This document shows positions 39,097-49,883 of a stretch of DNA of 64,000 nt, one piece after another. Every line of letters starts with the position of its first letter. Positions within the stretch are counted from its first letter, which is position 1. The stretch is from Myxococcales bacterium (lineage in GTDB: Bacteria; Myxococcota; Myxococcia; Myxococcales; UBA5297): positions 83,272 to 147,271 of the forward strand of contig JASGHK010000008.1 in the NCBI GenBank assembly GCA_049841135.1, read 5' to 3'. Made by a program: the position numbers and the translations under genes. Under the pieces are notes generated by a model. That model worked only from the letters and a program-made list of their open reading frames with translations. It made no database searches and was not told where the DNA came from.

Positions 39097-40261
39097 ATGC
39101 CAAGAGTTTCGGGTCAGTACGACAGGACTAGGGTGGGAGGCGAGGAGGTCGCGGCCTTCATTCCCGCCCCTCTGCCCCCATCGGAGCCTCCGCTCGACAT
39201 GGGGAGACTTGCACCTGACCTTCAGCGAGCCGAGTTGGCCCTCGGACGACTGGAATTGGCCAGCGCGATGGTGCCGTCGGTCTCCTGGTTCCTCTACTCG
39301 TTCGTGCGGAAGGAAGCGGTCGTCTCCTCGCAGATTCGAAGGAACCCAGGCGACGTTGATCGACCTACTCACGTTCGAAGCCGAACCGGCCGCCGATTCC
39401 GCCGACGTCCAGGAGATTTGCAACTACCTCGACGCGGTCCACTTCGCGCGCCAGCAACTCTCGAATCCCCAGGGCCTTCCGCTCTCAGTCCGCCTGCTGA
39501 ACGAAACGCATCGTCGGCTGATGAAGGGCGTTCGGGGCCAAGAGAAGCTCCCTGGCGAGGTTCGTCAGAGTCAGAACTGGATTGGTGGGACGAGGCCGGG
39601 CAATGCCGTCTTCGTTCCTCCCCCACCCCACGCGGTGGCGGGGCTCTTGGGGGAACTCGAGCGCTTCATCCACGGCGCCAGCCCGCTCGCGCCCCTCGCG
39701 AGGGCCGGCCTCGTGCACGTCCAGTTCGAGACCATTCACCCGTACCTCGACGGCAACGGAAGGCTCGGTCGCCTTCTCATCGCGCTCCTGCTCGAGCATT
39801 GGAAGCTCCTCACCCAGCCGCTGCTGTACCTGAGTTCCTTCTTCAAGCAGCACCGCGGCGAGTACTACCGCCGCCTCGGCGCGGTCCGAAGCGACGGTGA
39901 CTTCGAGGGCTGGCTTGCGTTCTTCTTTGAGGGCGTGACGTCCGTGGCGAACGAGGCCGTCAGCACGACGCGCGACCTCTTTGCGATGGTCGCCACCGAC
40001 CGAGAGAAGGTGCTGGCCACCAAGTCCTCCTCATTGATGGCCGCGCGCCTCTTCGAACTCCTCCCCGAGCACCCGATCGTCACCATCTCCGGCGTCGGCA
40101 CCTTGCTGAAGACGACGAAGCCCACCGCCACTAAAGCCGTGACAGCGCTCGTCGACGCAGGCGTCCTCGTCGAACGGCCAGGCCAGGGCCGAGCTCGCGC
40201 GTTCGCCTACGGCGCGTACCTCGAGCGACTGGCGGCCGGCACGGAACTCGAAGACCGCTGA
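39097..40261 (+). CDS. Fic/DOC-family protein with Fic_N domain, apparent +1 frameshift near 39337
   Basis: N-terminal frame: MPRVSGQYDRTRVGGEEVAAFIPAPLPP...FVRKEAVVSSQI. The next frame continues EGTQATLIDLLTFEA... (together the conserved SSxIEGT) and the Fic motif HPYLDGNGRLGRLL. Removing the C in attCgaagg restores SSQIEGTQ. Visibly lower GC than its neighbours. Confidence 0.8.
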
Positions 40262-40278
40262 TCTCACCAGAGGTGGCA

Positions 40279-40914
40279 ATGACGGCCGAGACGCAGGCGC
40301 CTGCGCTCAACGAAGCACGGTGTTCGGTCCACTCGGAGGCCGCCGCCTTTGCCGTCTGCACTCGCTGCGGACGATTTGTCTGCGCACAGTGCCTGCCGGA
40401 CCTTTCCGTGAGCGCGGAAGACCTTTGCCACGACTGCTTCCAGCTCACCGCCGCGGTGCCACCTCGACGTTTCGGCGGCGTCCTGTGGATCTTCTTCGCC
40501 TATGTCGCGATGGACGCTGTCCAATGGTCGCGGCAGCTGGTGACCAATCTGCAGTTGGCCCGCGATATTCCGGGTCTGCTCGTGGACGCCCCGCCCGAGT
40601 ACCTTGTGAATACCGTGGGTTGGTTGCAGGTGGCCCTCGTCCTCGTGGTGTTCGAACTGCTGTCCCTCGTGTACCTCGCGTTCGCGATGGTGCAGATCTT
40701 CCGGCGCCGACGCTCGGCACGTTTGCTGGCCATCGGCCTGCTCGCGCTGTCAGGCGTCGCGCCGTTGGTGACCACGGGCTTGTTCCGCTTGGTCCCAGTC
40801 ATGGCTCAGTATGTTGAGTTCGGACCGGAGACATTCGTGTCGGCGGTCTTGGCAGCGGCTTGGATCCTCTATTGGCTGCTGTCGAGGCGGGTGAAGGAGA
40901 CGTTGGTGCTGTGA
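40279..40914 (+). CDS. membrane protein with N-terminal zinc-ribbon (CxxC...CxxC...CxxC)
   Basis: CSVHSEAAAFAVCTRCGRFVCAQC...CHDC followed by four hydrophobic helices. Start ATG 40279 (alternative GTG 40273). Confidence 0.5.
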   Translation: MTAETQAPALNEARCSVHSEAAAFAVCTRCGRFVCAQCLPDLSVSAEDLCHDCFQLTAAVPPRRFGGVLWIFFAYVAMDAVQWSRQLVTNLQLARDIPGLLVDAPPEYLVNTVGWLQVALVLVVFELLSLVYLAFAMVQIFRRRRSARLLAIGLLALSGVAPLVTTGLFRLVPVMAQYVEFGPETFVSAVLAAAWILYWLLSRRVKETLVL

Positions 40915-40941
40915 GGGGGCGTGGGCTCCTCGTCGCGCATA

Positions 40942-41770
40942 TTAGCTCTCCGTCACGAGGATCCGATCCCCGTGGCTCGGCGGCGCCGACACCACCAGGA
41001 ACCGCAGCTCCTCGGCGCTGGCGTTGGCGAACCGGTGCGGCACGCAGGGCGCGACCTCCATCCCCTGCCCTGCCTCCAGCGCGTGCGTCGCGCCCGCCAC
41101 CTCGAAGCTCGCCCGCCCGCTCAGGATGAAGAAGAACTGCCTCGCCTTCCGGTGCAGATGGCGCAGCTCGCTCGTGCCCGGACGCATCTGCTCCTGGATG
41201 ACGCTCAGCCCCTCCGCGCGCACCAGCCGCCAGCCGTCGTTCTGCTCGCCCCAGACATAGTGCTCGACGCTCTCGCGCACGACGGGACGGCTCGCGCCTC
41301 GCGATAGGTCGAGCTCGAAGAAGAGCGCCCCGGGCACCGGGTTGGGCCGGTACGGCGCGATTCTCCTGGAACCCCAGCTGCCGATAGAGCGCGATGGCCT
41401 TCGCCATCAAGGGTAGCGTGTCGAGCCGCATGCGTGAGCAGCCTCGGCTGCGCGCGGCGGCGATCACCGCCCCGACCAAGCACGCCCCCAGCCCGAGCCC
41501 ACGGTGCTGCGGCCGAAGATAGAGGCGCTTCATCTCGCCGATGCCCGGCTCAAGCTGCCGCAGCGCGACGCAGCCGGCCAGCACGCCATCGACGCGGGCC
41601 ACGAGCAAGGTCCCGCTCGGCGCCGCGTATTCGCCCGGCAGCGAGGCCAGCTCCTTCTGGAAGCCCTGGAAGCAGAGGTCGACCTCCAGCGAGGCCGCGT
41701 ACTCCTGGAACAGCTCACGCACCTCGTCCATGGAACGGGGCGCTTCGATGGCGATGGTCGGGGCAGTCAT
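40942..41770 (-). CDS. GNAT N-acetyltransferase reading through into a cupin domain if one base near 41365-41375 is removed (fusion or frameshifted pair)
   Basis: ATG 41770. GNAT core LLVARVDGVLAGCVALRQL...MKRLYLRPQHRGLGLGACLV...LYRQLGFQE. The shifted frame gives IAPYRPNPVPGALFFELDL (the usual GNAT C-terminus) but continues without a stop into the cupin WGEQNDGWRLVRAEGLSVIQEQMRPGTSELRHLH. Confidence 0.55.
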
Positions 41771-41954
41771 GGCGCCGCGGAGCATAGACCAGCCCGCGTG
41801 CCTGTCGCCCGACCGACAACCGAGCTGCCTCAGTTGCTCGCGGTTCCGACAGTTCGGCGCTCCTTCGCACCGGACCGAGCTGGCATGACGGCTGCTATCC
41901 CGGCGTCCAGCGCGGCCCCCCCTTGCCGCGCCGTTCCACAGCTCGGAGCACTCC

Positions 41955-42603
41955 ATGCGTTGCCGCCACCTCGTCCTTCTGACCGCTGTCCTCTCCTTCC
42001 CCGCCGTCTGCTTCGCGGAGCCCGACGCGCCCGCCGTCGCCGAGACCGCCGACGCTGGCTCCACCCTGCGCGGGCTCGAGCTCGGCATCGGGCTGGGCAC
42101 GAGCCAGGCCTACGGCGAGGTCGGCACCAACCTCGACGCACGCAGCGACTGGGGCGGAGCGCTCGAGCTGGAGGCTCGCCTTGCGCCTGGGCGCGGGCTG
42201 GAAGGCCGGCGTGTACGGTTCGGTCGGGCTCTATCAATCGAGCTCTGCCGAGGACCCGGGATACGGCGGTGCCGCCGGCCTCCTCTTCGAGCACCGGTTC
42301 TCGCCCGAGGCCAACGTCTCGCCGTCCCTCGGCGTCGGACTCGGCTGGCGCGGGCACTACGTCACTCAGCAGCACCTGCGGCAGTCGCTGTTGGGGCTCG
42401 ATCTGCTGCGGCTGCAGGTGGGCCTGGACGCGAAGGTCGCGCCGGGAATCCGCCTCGCGCCGACGCTCGCCGCGACCCTGACCGGGCTCTTCTGGCAGGA
42501 CCCTGGAAGTGGCACCGGGTACTCGGACATCCAGCATCCCGGGCTGACCGTGTTCCTCTTCGCCGGCGTCCGCGGTCAGTTCGATCTGCTCGACCGCTCG
42601 TGA
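41955..42603 (+). CDS. small outer-membrane protein (OmpW/OmpA-like beta-barrel), apparent +1 frameshift near 42175-42181
   Basis: Signal peptide MRCRHLVLLTAVLSFPAVCFA, then alternating amphipathic strands (LELGIGLGTSQAYGEVG...GALELEARL // RLGAGWKAGVYGSVGLYQSS...GLGWRGHYV...). Confidence 0.5.
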
Positions 42604-42669
42604 CCCAGAGAGGGCTCTGCCGGCGAAGCGAACCGACCTCGCCGGCAGCAACCGCTCACACTCGGCGCT

Positions 42670-43077
42670 TCAGTGCCCGCTCGTCGAGAGCGGCTTGTCC
42701 GAGAGCGCCCAGCCTTCGACCACCCGCGCGCCGATCGGCTCGGCGTTGTCCTTGAAGCGCACGAACTCCATCGTCTTCAGCTCGGTCTTCTCGCCCGTCT
42801 TCTTGTTGGTGACGTAGACCGAGTAGCGGATCGCGCCCCACTCGCCCTGGACGAGCACGTTGTCGAGCGCACCGAGCTGGATGTCGAAGGCCGAGAAGAA
42901 CTGGCCCATCATGTCCTTGTACTGCTGCAGCGTGAGCCGGCGACCGTAGACGTTGTAGTGGGCGTCGGGCTCGTAGAGCGTGTGGCACCACTTCAGCCAC
43001 GCCTCGTAGCCCTGGTTCCACTCGCCGAAGCCCTGGTTGAACCGCGCCCGGATCCGTTCCTCGAAACTGGCTGCCAT
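42670..43077 (-). CDS. SnoaL-like/NTF2-fold small protein
   Basis: 135-aa product with NTF2-like pattern (YNVYGRRLTLQQYKDMMGQFFSAFDIQLGALDNVLVQGEWGAIRYSVYV). Confidence 0.55.
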   Translation of the reverse strand: MAASFEERIRARFNQGFGEWNQGYEAWLKWCHTLYEPDAHYNVYGRRLTLQQYKDMMGQFFSAFDIQLGALDNVLVQGEWGAIRYSVYVTNKKTGEKTELKTMEFVRFKDNAEPIGARVVEGWALSDKPLSTSGH

Positions 43078-43151
43078 CGGTCAGTCCTTTCCCGTCGCGC
43101 CCGCGTGGAGCGCTTGTCGTCGGTTGAGATGTCTGGGGTTCTTGCGTCAGC

Positions 43152-43682
43152 TCACAGCGAGTGCCCGTTCTCCTTGAGCACCCGCGCGAGCGCTTCCATG
43201 TACAACCCGGCGCCCTGCTTGAACGGGCCGCGCACGCCGAGGGCCACGTCCAGGAAGGCGCCGTAGTCCTCGCTGACGTGCGTCTCCCACCGCGTGATCA
43301 GCCCGGCGTCGTTGGTCTCCACGAAGCCGTAGGAGAAGAACGACAGCAGCTGGCCGTCCTTGGTGTGGCCGCCGAAGCGCGTCTTCATCACGAAGCCCAC
43401 GTCGGAGGGCCAGCACTTGAACTCCAGCGGGCCCCAGTCCGCGAACTTGAAGGAGTACGCCTTGGCCTCCATGGTCGCCGACTTCGAGACCGAGATCGGC
43501 ACCTTGCTCAGGTCGATGAGCTCGTTGCCGAAGTACGGCGACCAGTAGACGGCGTCCGGCGCGAACTTCCACTCCTCGTAGCTCGCGCCGTCCTTCACCG
43601 CCTTGCGGGCGTAGGCGGCGTGGTAGCTCTCCGCCATCCGCCGGTGCAGGGCGATGCGTTCCTCGAGCGTCATCTTCGTCAT
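43152..43682 (-). CDS. hypothetical protein (possibly NTF2-like), co-directional with the preceding gene
   Basis: 176-aa product, no motif recognised. Sits between the SnoaL-like gene and the divergent TetR gene. Confidence 0.45.
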   Translation of the reverse strand: MTKMTLEERIALHRRMAESYHAAYARKAVKDGASYEEWKFAPDAVYWSPYFGNELIDLSKVPISVSKSATMEAKAYSFKFADWGPLEFKCWPSDVGFVMKTRFGGHTKDGQLLSFFSYGFVETNDAGLITRWETHVSEDYGAFLDVALGVRGPFKQGAGLYMEALARVLKENGHSL

Positions 43683-43892
43683 CAGGCTTCACTCCTTTCG
43701 GGTCTGGGGACCGCCCACGACGAGGGCCGCCGCGCGCGGGATGCAACCGGCCGCGACCTCCTCTCTCGCACGTCAACACCTGCTTACTTGCAGGATAACC
43801 TCGGCCTGCCGGATGTCAACACGCGTCGACTTACGGGGAGTGCGCCACTACAATCCGGAGCGGGCGGTGCCTTGAGGACCCGAGGAGACGTG

Positions 43893-44550
43893 ATGGCGAG
43901 CAAGCAGGGACGAGGAGAACCGGTCGAGAAGGCGAGCGCGGAGGAGCCGCGCCTCCGTGATGCCGCGCGCACCCGGCAGCGGCTGATCGACGCCGCCCTG
44001 CAGCGATTCGGCAGCCAGGGCTACGCCGCTACGACCGTGCGCGATATCGCGCAAGACGCCGGCGTCAACGTCGCGCTCATCAACCGATACTTCGAGTCGA
44101 AGGAGGGCCTGCTGGCGGCCTGCTTCGAGTCCACCGCCGAGGTCCTGATGAAGTCGACCGAAGGCGTGACCGAGCCTCTCGCAGATCCCGGAGATCATCG
44201 GCGGACGGGTGAGCGATGCGCCGGACGAAGGACTGTCGCGCGCCCTGTACCTGCTGCTCCACACCTCGGGCGATCCGCGCGCGGAGCAGCTGCGCCTGGG
44301 ACTGCTGCGCCGCTTCAGCGAGAGCCTGGCGAGGCTGGCCGGGTGGACCGCCAAGCATCCCCATGCGGACGAGCTGCTGCTGCGCGCCCAGCTCGTCATC
44401 GCGATCGGTCTGGGCATCGCGACGTTGAGGACGTCCAAGCTCGAGCCAATCGCCTCCACGGGCACCGAGGTGCTCAGCGGACGGCTCGGCGAGCTGGTCC
44501 AGAGCGTGTTCGGCGGGCCGCTTTCGAGGCGGGCTGGGCGAAGGACCTAA
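43893..44550 (+). CDS. TetR/AcrR-family transcriptional regulator, apparent +1 frameshift near 44186
   Basis: RBS cgaggagacg. HTH RTRQRLIDAALQRFGSQGYAATTVRDIAQDAGVNVALINRYFESKEGL. The C-terminal ligand-binding half (...LSRALYLLLHTSGDPRAEQLRLGLLRRF...) lies in the next frame. Confidence 0.75.
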
Positions 44551-44699
44551 TCGCTCAAGAGCAGTTCCTTCTCGGATCGAGTCGGACTCGTTGCGACTCT
44601 GCGTCCCTGGTTCGCGCCTGGGTACCGGCTTGTCCCGCCTCTCGCCCCGGCGCTAGCATCCACTCGCCGTTCACCTCACCACACAAGCAGGGGGACTCC

Positions 44700-45419
44700 A
44701 TGGGGCAGGAAGCAGTCATCGCCGCGCGCGCGCGTTGCGCCAAGCAGATCCAGGATTCGCCGAACCTCTTCGCGAAGTACGAGGCCGTGGGCGGCCTGGC
44801 CGACGACCTCAAACGCATCATCGATGCCGGCGAGCGCTACGCGGCCTTGGCGCTCGCGCAGAGCCAGAGCCAGGCGTCGGGCTCCGAGGCGACCATGCAG
44901 ATCTTGGAGAAGTACTCCGACCTGCAGCGGGACTACTCGGGCGTCATGGCCGCGGTCGAGGCGGTCAAGCACGACCTCGAGCGCGCCAGCGCCGACTCCG
45001 AGCTCATCGCCCAGGTCGAGAAGATCCTGATCAACGAGACGCCTACCGTGCTCGTGCCAGTCACTGGCCAGGACGGCAAGAGCAAGAAGGTCCGCTCCAA
45101 GAGCCAGGAGGCGGTTCGTTCCGAGATCGAGAAGGACGCCGCGGCGCTGCTCGCGCTCGACGGCGCCAAGGACGCGCTCGAGGCGCGCAAGGTGACTCGC
45201 ACGCGCCTCGAGAAGCTGCTCGCCGACGCCAAGGCTCTTGCGGGCAAGCTCGCTGATCGCGCGGCTAAGAAGGGCGCCAAGGTCTCGGCGACCCAGGCGC
45301 GCAAGGACGTCGACGCGACCCAGCGCCAGGCTTGGGGTGCCTGTTACCGCCTGCTGGCGCTGGTGGGACAGCAAGACGAGAGCATCGCTTCCCTGCTGCG
45401 CGAGGCGTCGCGCAAGTAG
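44700..45419 (+). CDS. hypothetical alpha-helical protein
   Basis: RBS agcagggggactcc, then ATG. 239-aa product, coiled-coil-like (KDALEARKVTRTRLEKLLADAKALAGKLADRAAKK). Confidence 0.5.
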   Translation: MGQEAVIAARARCAKQIQDSPNLFAKYEAVGGLADDLKRIIDAGERYAALALAQSQSQASGSEATMQILEKYSDLQRDYSGVMAAVEAVKHDLERASADSELIAQVEKILINETPTVLVPVTGQDGKSKKVRSKSQEAVRSEIEKDAAALLALDGAKDALEARKVTRTRLEKLLADAKALAGKLADRAAKKGAKVSATQARKDVDATQRQAWGACYRLLALVGQQDESIASLLREASRK

Positions 45420-45685
45420 TCAGCCGTCGTCTCACGGATGCGGACGGGGCCCCGAGCGACATGGGGCCCCTTTCCTTCTGCTGGCGATGGCCGCCCGCGC
45501 GATGGGCTGGCGGGCCACGAGCCCAAAGGCTGCCCGTCCGCAGGGCAAGCATTGGCCGTCCCGAGCGATGACCTCGGCCATGCTGCGCCGTGGGGGCCTC
45601 CTCGCCGAACGACGAGCCCGGCCGTGAGACGCGACGAGGCCGCCGCTCTCGAGCGGCACGACGGCCGGCCCGAGCCTTCTTGGAC

Positions 45686-45856
45686 GCTTCCCGCGCTGCT
45701 TCGAGGGCTTCCCGAGCCGCGACGGCGGATTCCCGAGCTTCATCGGGCGCTTCCCGAGGCTTGGCGCGGGCGTCCCGGGCCGCCAAGGCCCCCCTCCCGA
45801 GCTTCGAGAGCCCCCCTCCCCGGCTTGCATGCACCCCTCCCGAGCCTCGAAACACC
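45686..45856. repeat. degenerate tandem array of about 8 units of 21-23 bp (consensus c-TTCCCGAG-cttcgag...)
   Basis: The TCCCGAG / TCCCGGG / TCCCCGG cores recur at 45688, 45709, 45731, 45750, 45772, 45794, 45816 and 45837 with 19-23 bp spacing. Confidence 0.7.
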
Positions 45857-45938
45857 CTCGCGCCCACGAGCGAATGTCGGACCCGCAGGGTATGAAGACT
45901 CCCGTTCAAAACGACCTTGCTGTCGGAGGTCGGGTGTA

Positions 45939-45955
45939 CTAAACACCTGTACAGC
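45939..45955 (+). promoter_or_regulatory. LexA (SOS) box of the myxobacterial type upstream of recA
   Basis: CTAAACACCTGTACAGC matches the reported myxobacterial consensus CTRHAMRYBYGTTCAGS at 16 of 17 positions. It is 45 bp upstream of the recA ATG. Consensus recalled from memory. Confidence 0.6.
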
Positions 45956-46000
45956 TAACCGAGCGCCCCGCCGCTCAATCTCAGAAAGCAGGAGCCCGAA

Positions 46001-47122
<1,122 letters not shown>

Positions 47123-47125
47123 CCT

Positions 47126-47152
47126 TCACCCCGAGCTCGTCGAGGGGTCAGA
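47126..47152. repeat. 27-nt motif copy 3 (ttcaccccgagctcgtcgaggggtcag) directly after the recA stop
   Basis: See 19297..19324. Confidence 0.7.
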
Positions 47153-47167
47153 GTTTGCCGAAAGGCC

Positions 47168-47210
47168 GCCGGCCGGGCCGCCACGTGCGTTTCGGCCGGC
47201 TCGTTTTTTT
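47168..47210 (+). terminator. rho-independent terminator candidate for recA
   Basis: gccggccg (47168-75) pairs with cggccggc (47193-200) and is followed by tcgTTTTTTT (47204-10). Confidence 0.55.
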
Positions 47211-47572
47211 GTCACTGGGCGGCGACGTGGAGGGTAGTGCCGGGCTTCCACGCCCGGGGCATCTTTGTGAACCGTGCATCGGTGGCGCGCGGGCTCCCCA
47301 CCAGCCGCGCCACAGACGAACGAATCGTGAGGATGCCCCCGGCGTGGAAGCGCGTGGAAGCCGGGCACTACCCAGCTGCGCCACAGACGAACGAATCGTG
47401 AGGATGCCCCCGGCGTGGAAGCCTCTTGATTCATCACATCTAGGGACGCCGCCGCGGCGCGCACCTCAGATTTCGCTGGCGTCACAAACAGCCGTGTGCC
47501 ATACGGTGGGGGGGTGGAGCCATCGAACGCGCCGTTGCTTCGCTATCGCAACCGAGTGATCGGCGAGGCGGA

Positions 47573-48511
47573 GTGCGGTTCATTCGGGACACGGTTGACC
47601 GCCAAGACGCCAGGACCCGGTCCGATCTTGCTCGAGCTATCTGCAAGGCGTGGGATTGGCGACAGGCCAACGGCAGCTACGCCGTCTTCGCCTGCCAGGA
47701 CTTGCTCCTCCGGCTTGAGGAGTGGGGCCACATCAAGCTACCTGCGCGACAGCGCCGGTGCCGAGATGGGCACGATCTACCGGTATTGCCGCAGGACTGC
47801 ATTCCGCTGGCGTGGTCTCCGGTGGGGAACGACGCGAATCTTGACCAACTCGTGGTGCGGCCCATCGAGCCCGCCGAGCGTCTGGGCTGGCGACTCTTCA
47901 TCGACCGATTCCACTATCTCGGAGACAAGCCGCTCGTAGGCGAGCACCTGCTGTACGCCGCATTTCTCGAGGGCCAGGTGGTGGCCCTGCTCGGCTGGGC
48001 CTCTGCGACCCTCCATTCGCCGCTACGAGACCGGTACCTGGGCTGGGACAACGACACCAAGCGGCGCAAGCTGCACCTGGTCGTCAACAACGTGCGCTTC
48101 CTCATCCCGCCCTGGGTTCGAGTCGAGCACCTGGCTTCCAAAGTGCTCGGCCGGACCCTGCGGCGCCTGAGCGCGGATTGGCAGGCCCGCTGGAATCACC
48201 CGGTCCTGCTCGCAGAAACTTTCGTCGACCACGCTCGGTTTCGGGGCACGTGCTACCGCGCCTCCAACTGGCGCTATCTGGGCACGACGGCAGGCCGAAC
48301 CCGACGCGGGAACGCCTATCTGCACGAGGGCAGTCCCAAAGGGCTCTACGTCTACGAGCTGCACCGCCAGGCTCGCCGCCGGATGTGCGAGGAGCATCGC
48401 CATGAAGGAGTCGTCGGGGCTGCTGCCGCTGGAGCAGGAGATGGGCCAGGCCAGGCTGGGAGACCGGCGTCTGAATCGGCGTCTGATCGCTGCGGTGGGA
48501 CGCTTGAGTGA
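47573..48511 (+). CDS. IS-associated accessory protein, DUF4338-like (identification from memory; N-terminus uncertain)
   Basis: ICKAWDWRQANGSYAVFACQDLLLRLEEWGHIKLP...FHYLGDKPLVGEHLLYAAF...AETFVDHARFRGTCYRASNWRYLGTTAGRTRRG. Overlaps the transposase start by 110 nt in another frame, inside the IS ends. Confidence 0.45.
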   Translation: MRFIRDTVDRQDARTRSDLARAICKAWDWRQANGSYAVFACQDLLLRLEEWGHIKLPARQRRCRDGHDLPVLPQDCIPLAWSPVGNDANLDQLVVRPIEPAERLGWRLFIDRFHYLGDKPLVGEHLLYAAFLEGQVVALLGWASATLHSPLRDRYLGWDNDTKRRKLHLVVNNVRFLIPPWVRVEHLASKVLGRTLRRLSADWQARWNHPVLLAETFVDHARFRGTCYRASNWRYLGTTAGRTRRGNAYLHEGSPKGLYVYELHRQARRRMCEEHRHEGVVGAAAAGAGDGPGQAGRPASESASDRCGGTLE

Positions 48512-49883
48512 CGAGCCAGCCAAGAGCTTTCCGCAGGCCTTCGAAGACGATGCGGCAGGGCTAGAGGCGCTCTACCGGCTGGTCAACAACCCGAAGCTCA
48601 GCACGGCAAAGGTGCTGCAGCCACATGCACAGGCGACCGTTGCCCGCTGTGTCACGGAGCGGGTGGTGCTGGCGATCCACGACACCAGCAGCGTGGCCTT
48701 CCAGAGCGAGAGTGAGCGCGATGGCCTGGGCCCAGTCGATGGCGGGACCCAAGGCCTCTATCTGCACACGACCCTGATGGCGAGCGCGACGGAGCACTAT
48801 CGGCCGCTCGGAGTCGCGGCGATGAAGCTCTGGGCTCGCCAGCCGATCCCGGACCATCTCCAGGGTGGCGAGAACCACTACCAGCGCAAGAAGGCGCGGC
48901 GGCTTTCGCCCGACAAGGAGTCCCTGCGCTGGAAGGAGCAGATCGACTCGGTTGAGCAGGCGGTGGCGCAACAAGCCCAGGTCCTCCACGTCGGCGACAG
49001 CGAAACCGACGACTACGACCTGCTGGCGCACCTGGTCGAAAAGGGATTCCGGTTCGTCCTGAGGCAGAAGCACAACCGAAGCTTGGAAGGCCCGCCGGAG
49101 AAGAAGAAGAAGCTCATCGAGGCGATCGCCGATGCATCGACGGTGGCAACTCGAGAGGTGCACCTGTCGGCGCGCACGAAGGGCACGACGCCCAAGGCTC
49201 AGGCGACTCATCCGCCGCGCAACGCACGCGACGCCAAGCTGCAAGTCGGCTGGACGAGGGTGTCGCTGAAGAGGCCAGACAGAGCGAGTACGACGCTGCC
49301 GACGTCATTGCCGATCAACGTCGTCTTCGTGCTCGAGAAGGACTGTCCCGTTGGAGAAGATCCCATTCAGTGGGTCCTGTACACGACCGAGCCGGTCGAT
49401 ACCGAAGAGCAGCTTCTCCAAGTCGTCGACTACTACCGCGGCCGATGGCTGATTGAGATGTACTTCGACGCCCTCAAGAACGGATGCGCACTCGAGAAGC
49501 GCCAACTCGAGAGCTTTCACGCCCTCAGCATCGCAATCGGTCTCTTCGCGGCAATTGCCTTTCGCCTGCTGCTCATGCGGACCCTGGCCGAATCGAAGCC
49601 CGACACACCCGCGACCGCGGCACTCTCACCGCTCCAGCTCGACGTGCTCCGCGCCTCGCTGAAGAAGACCAAGCTGTCAGAGGCGCCGACGGCCAAGGAG
49701 GTCTTCTGGGCCGTGGCCGCGTTGGGCGGGCACCTCAAGCACAACGGGCGCCCTGGCTGGCGGACGCTCGGACGTGGCTACGAGAAGTTGCTCATCCTTG
49801 AAGCTGGCTGGCGCGGCGCGCTGAAAGCGCGAAGCGCGTGCTCGGGCTGCCCGGGGACCGCCAGGCGCCCGGACGAGAAGTGA
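48402..49883 (+). CDS. IS4-family transposase, Tn5/IS50-like
   Basis: Collinear with Tn5 Tnp. N-terminal DNA-binding region (LGDRRLNRRLIAAVGRL). DDE core with the YREK signature (PIQWVLYTTEPVDTEEQLLQVVDYYRGRWLIEMYFDALKNGCALEKRQ). C-terminal VFWAVAALGGHLKHNGRPGWRTLGRGYEKL. Confidence 0.85.
   Translation: MKESSGLLPLEQEMGQARLGDRRLNRRLIAAVGRLSDEPAKSFPQAFEDDAAGLEALYRLVNNPKLSTAKVLQPHAQATVARCVTERVVLAIHDTSSVAFQSESERDGLGPVDGGTQGLYLHTTLMASATEHYRPLGVAAMKLWARQPIPDHLQGGENHYQRKKARRLSPDKESLRWKEQIDSVEQAVAQQAQVLHVGDSETDDYDLLAHLVEKGFRFVLRQKHNRSLEGPPEKKKKLIEAIADASTVATREVHLSARTKGTTPKAQATHPPRNARDAKLQVGWTRVSLKRPDRASTTLPTSLPINVVFVLEKDCPVGEDPIQWVLYTTEPVDTEEQLLQVVDYYRGRWLIEMYFDALKNGCALEKRQLESFHALSIAIGLFAAIAFRLLLMRTLAESKPDTPATAALSPLQLDVLRASLKKTKLSEAPTAKEVFWAVAALGGHLKHNGRPGWRTLGRGYEKLLILEAGWRGALKARSACSGCPGTARRPDEK

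Noticed and set aside
47496-47575. N-terminal extension of the DUF4338-like ORF from GTG 47496 (frame 0: PLLRYRNRVIGEAEC...) joined by a -1 shift near 47574
   Set aside because: The resemblance rests only on an unverified recollection of the family N-terminus. It would need a deletion-type shift, unlike nearly all other indels here. Left as uncertain start.
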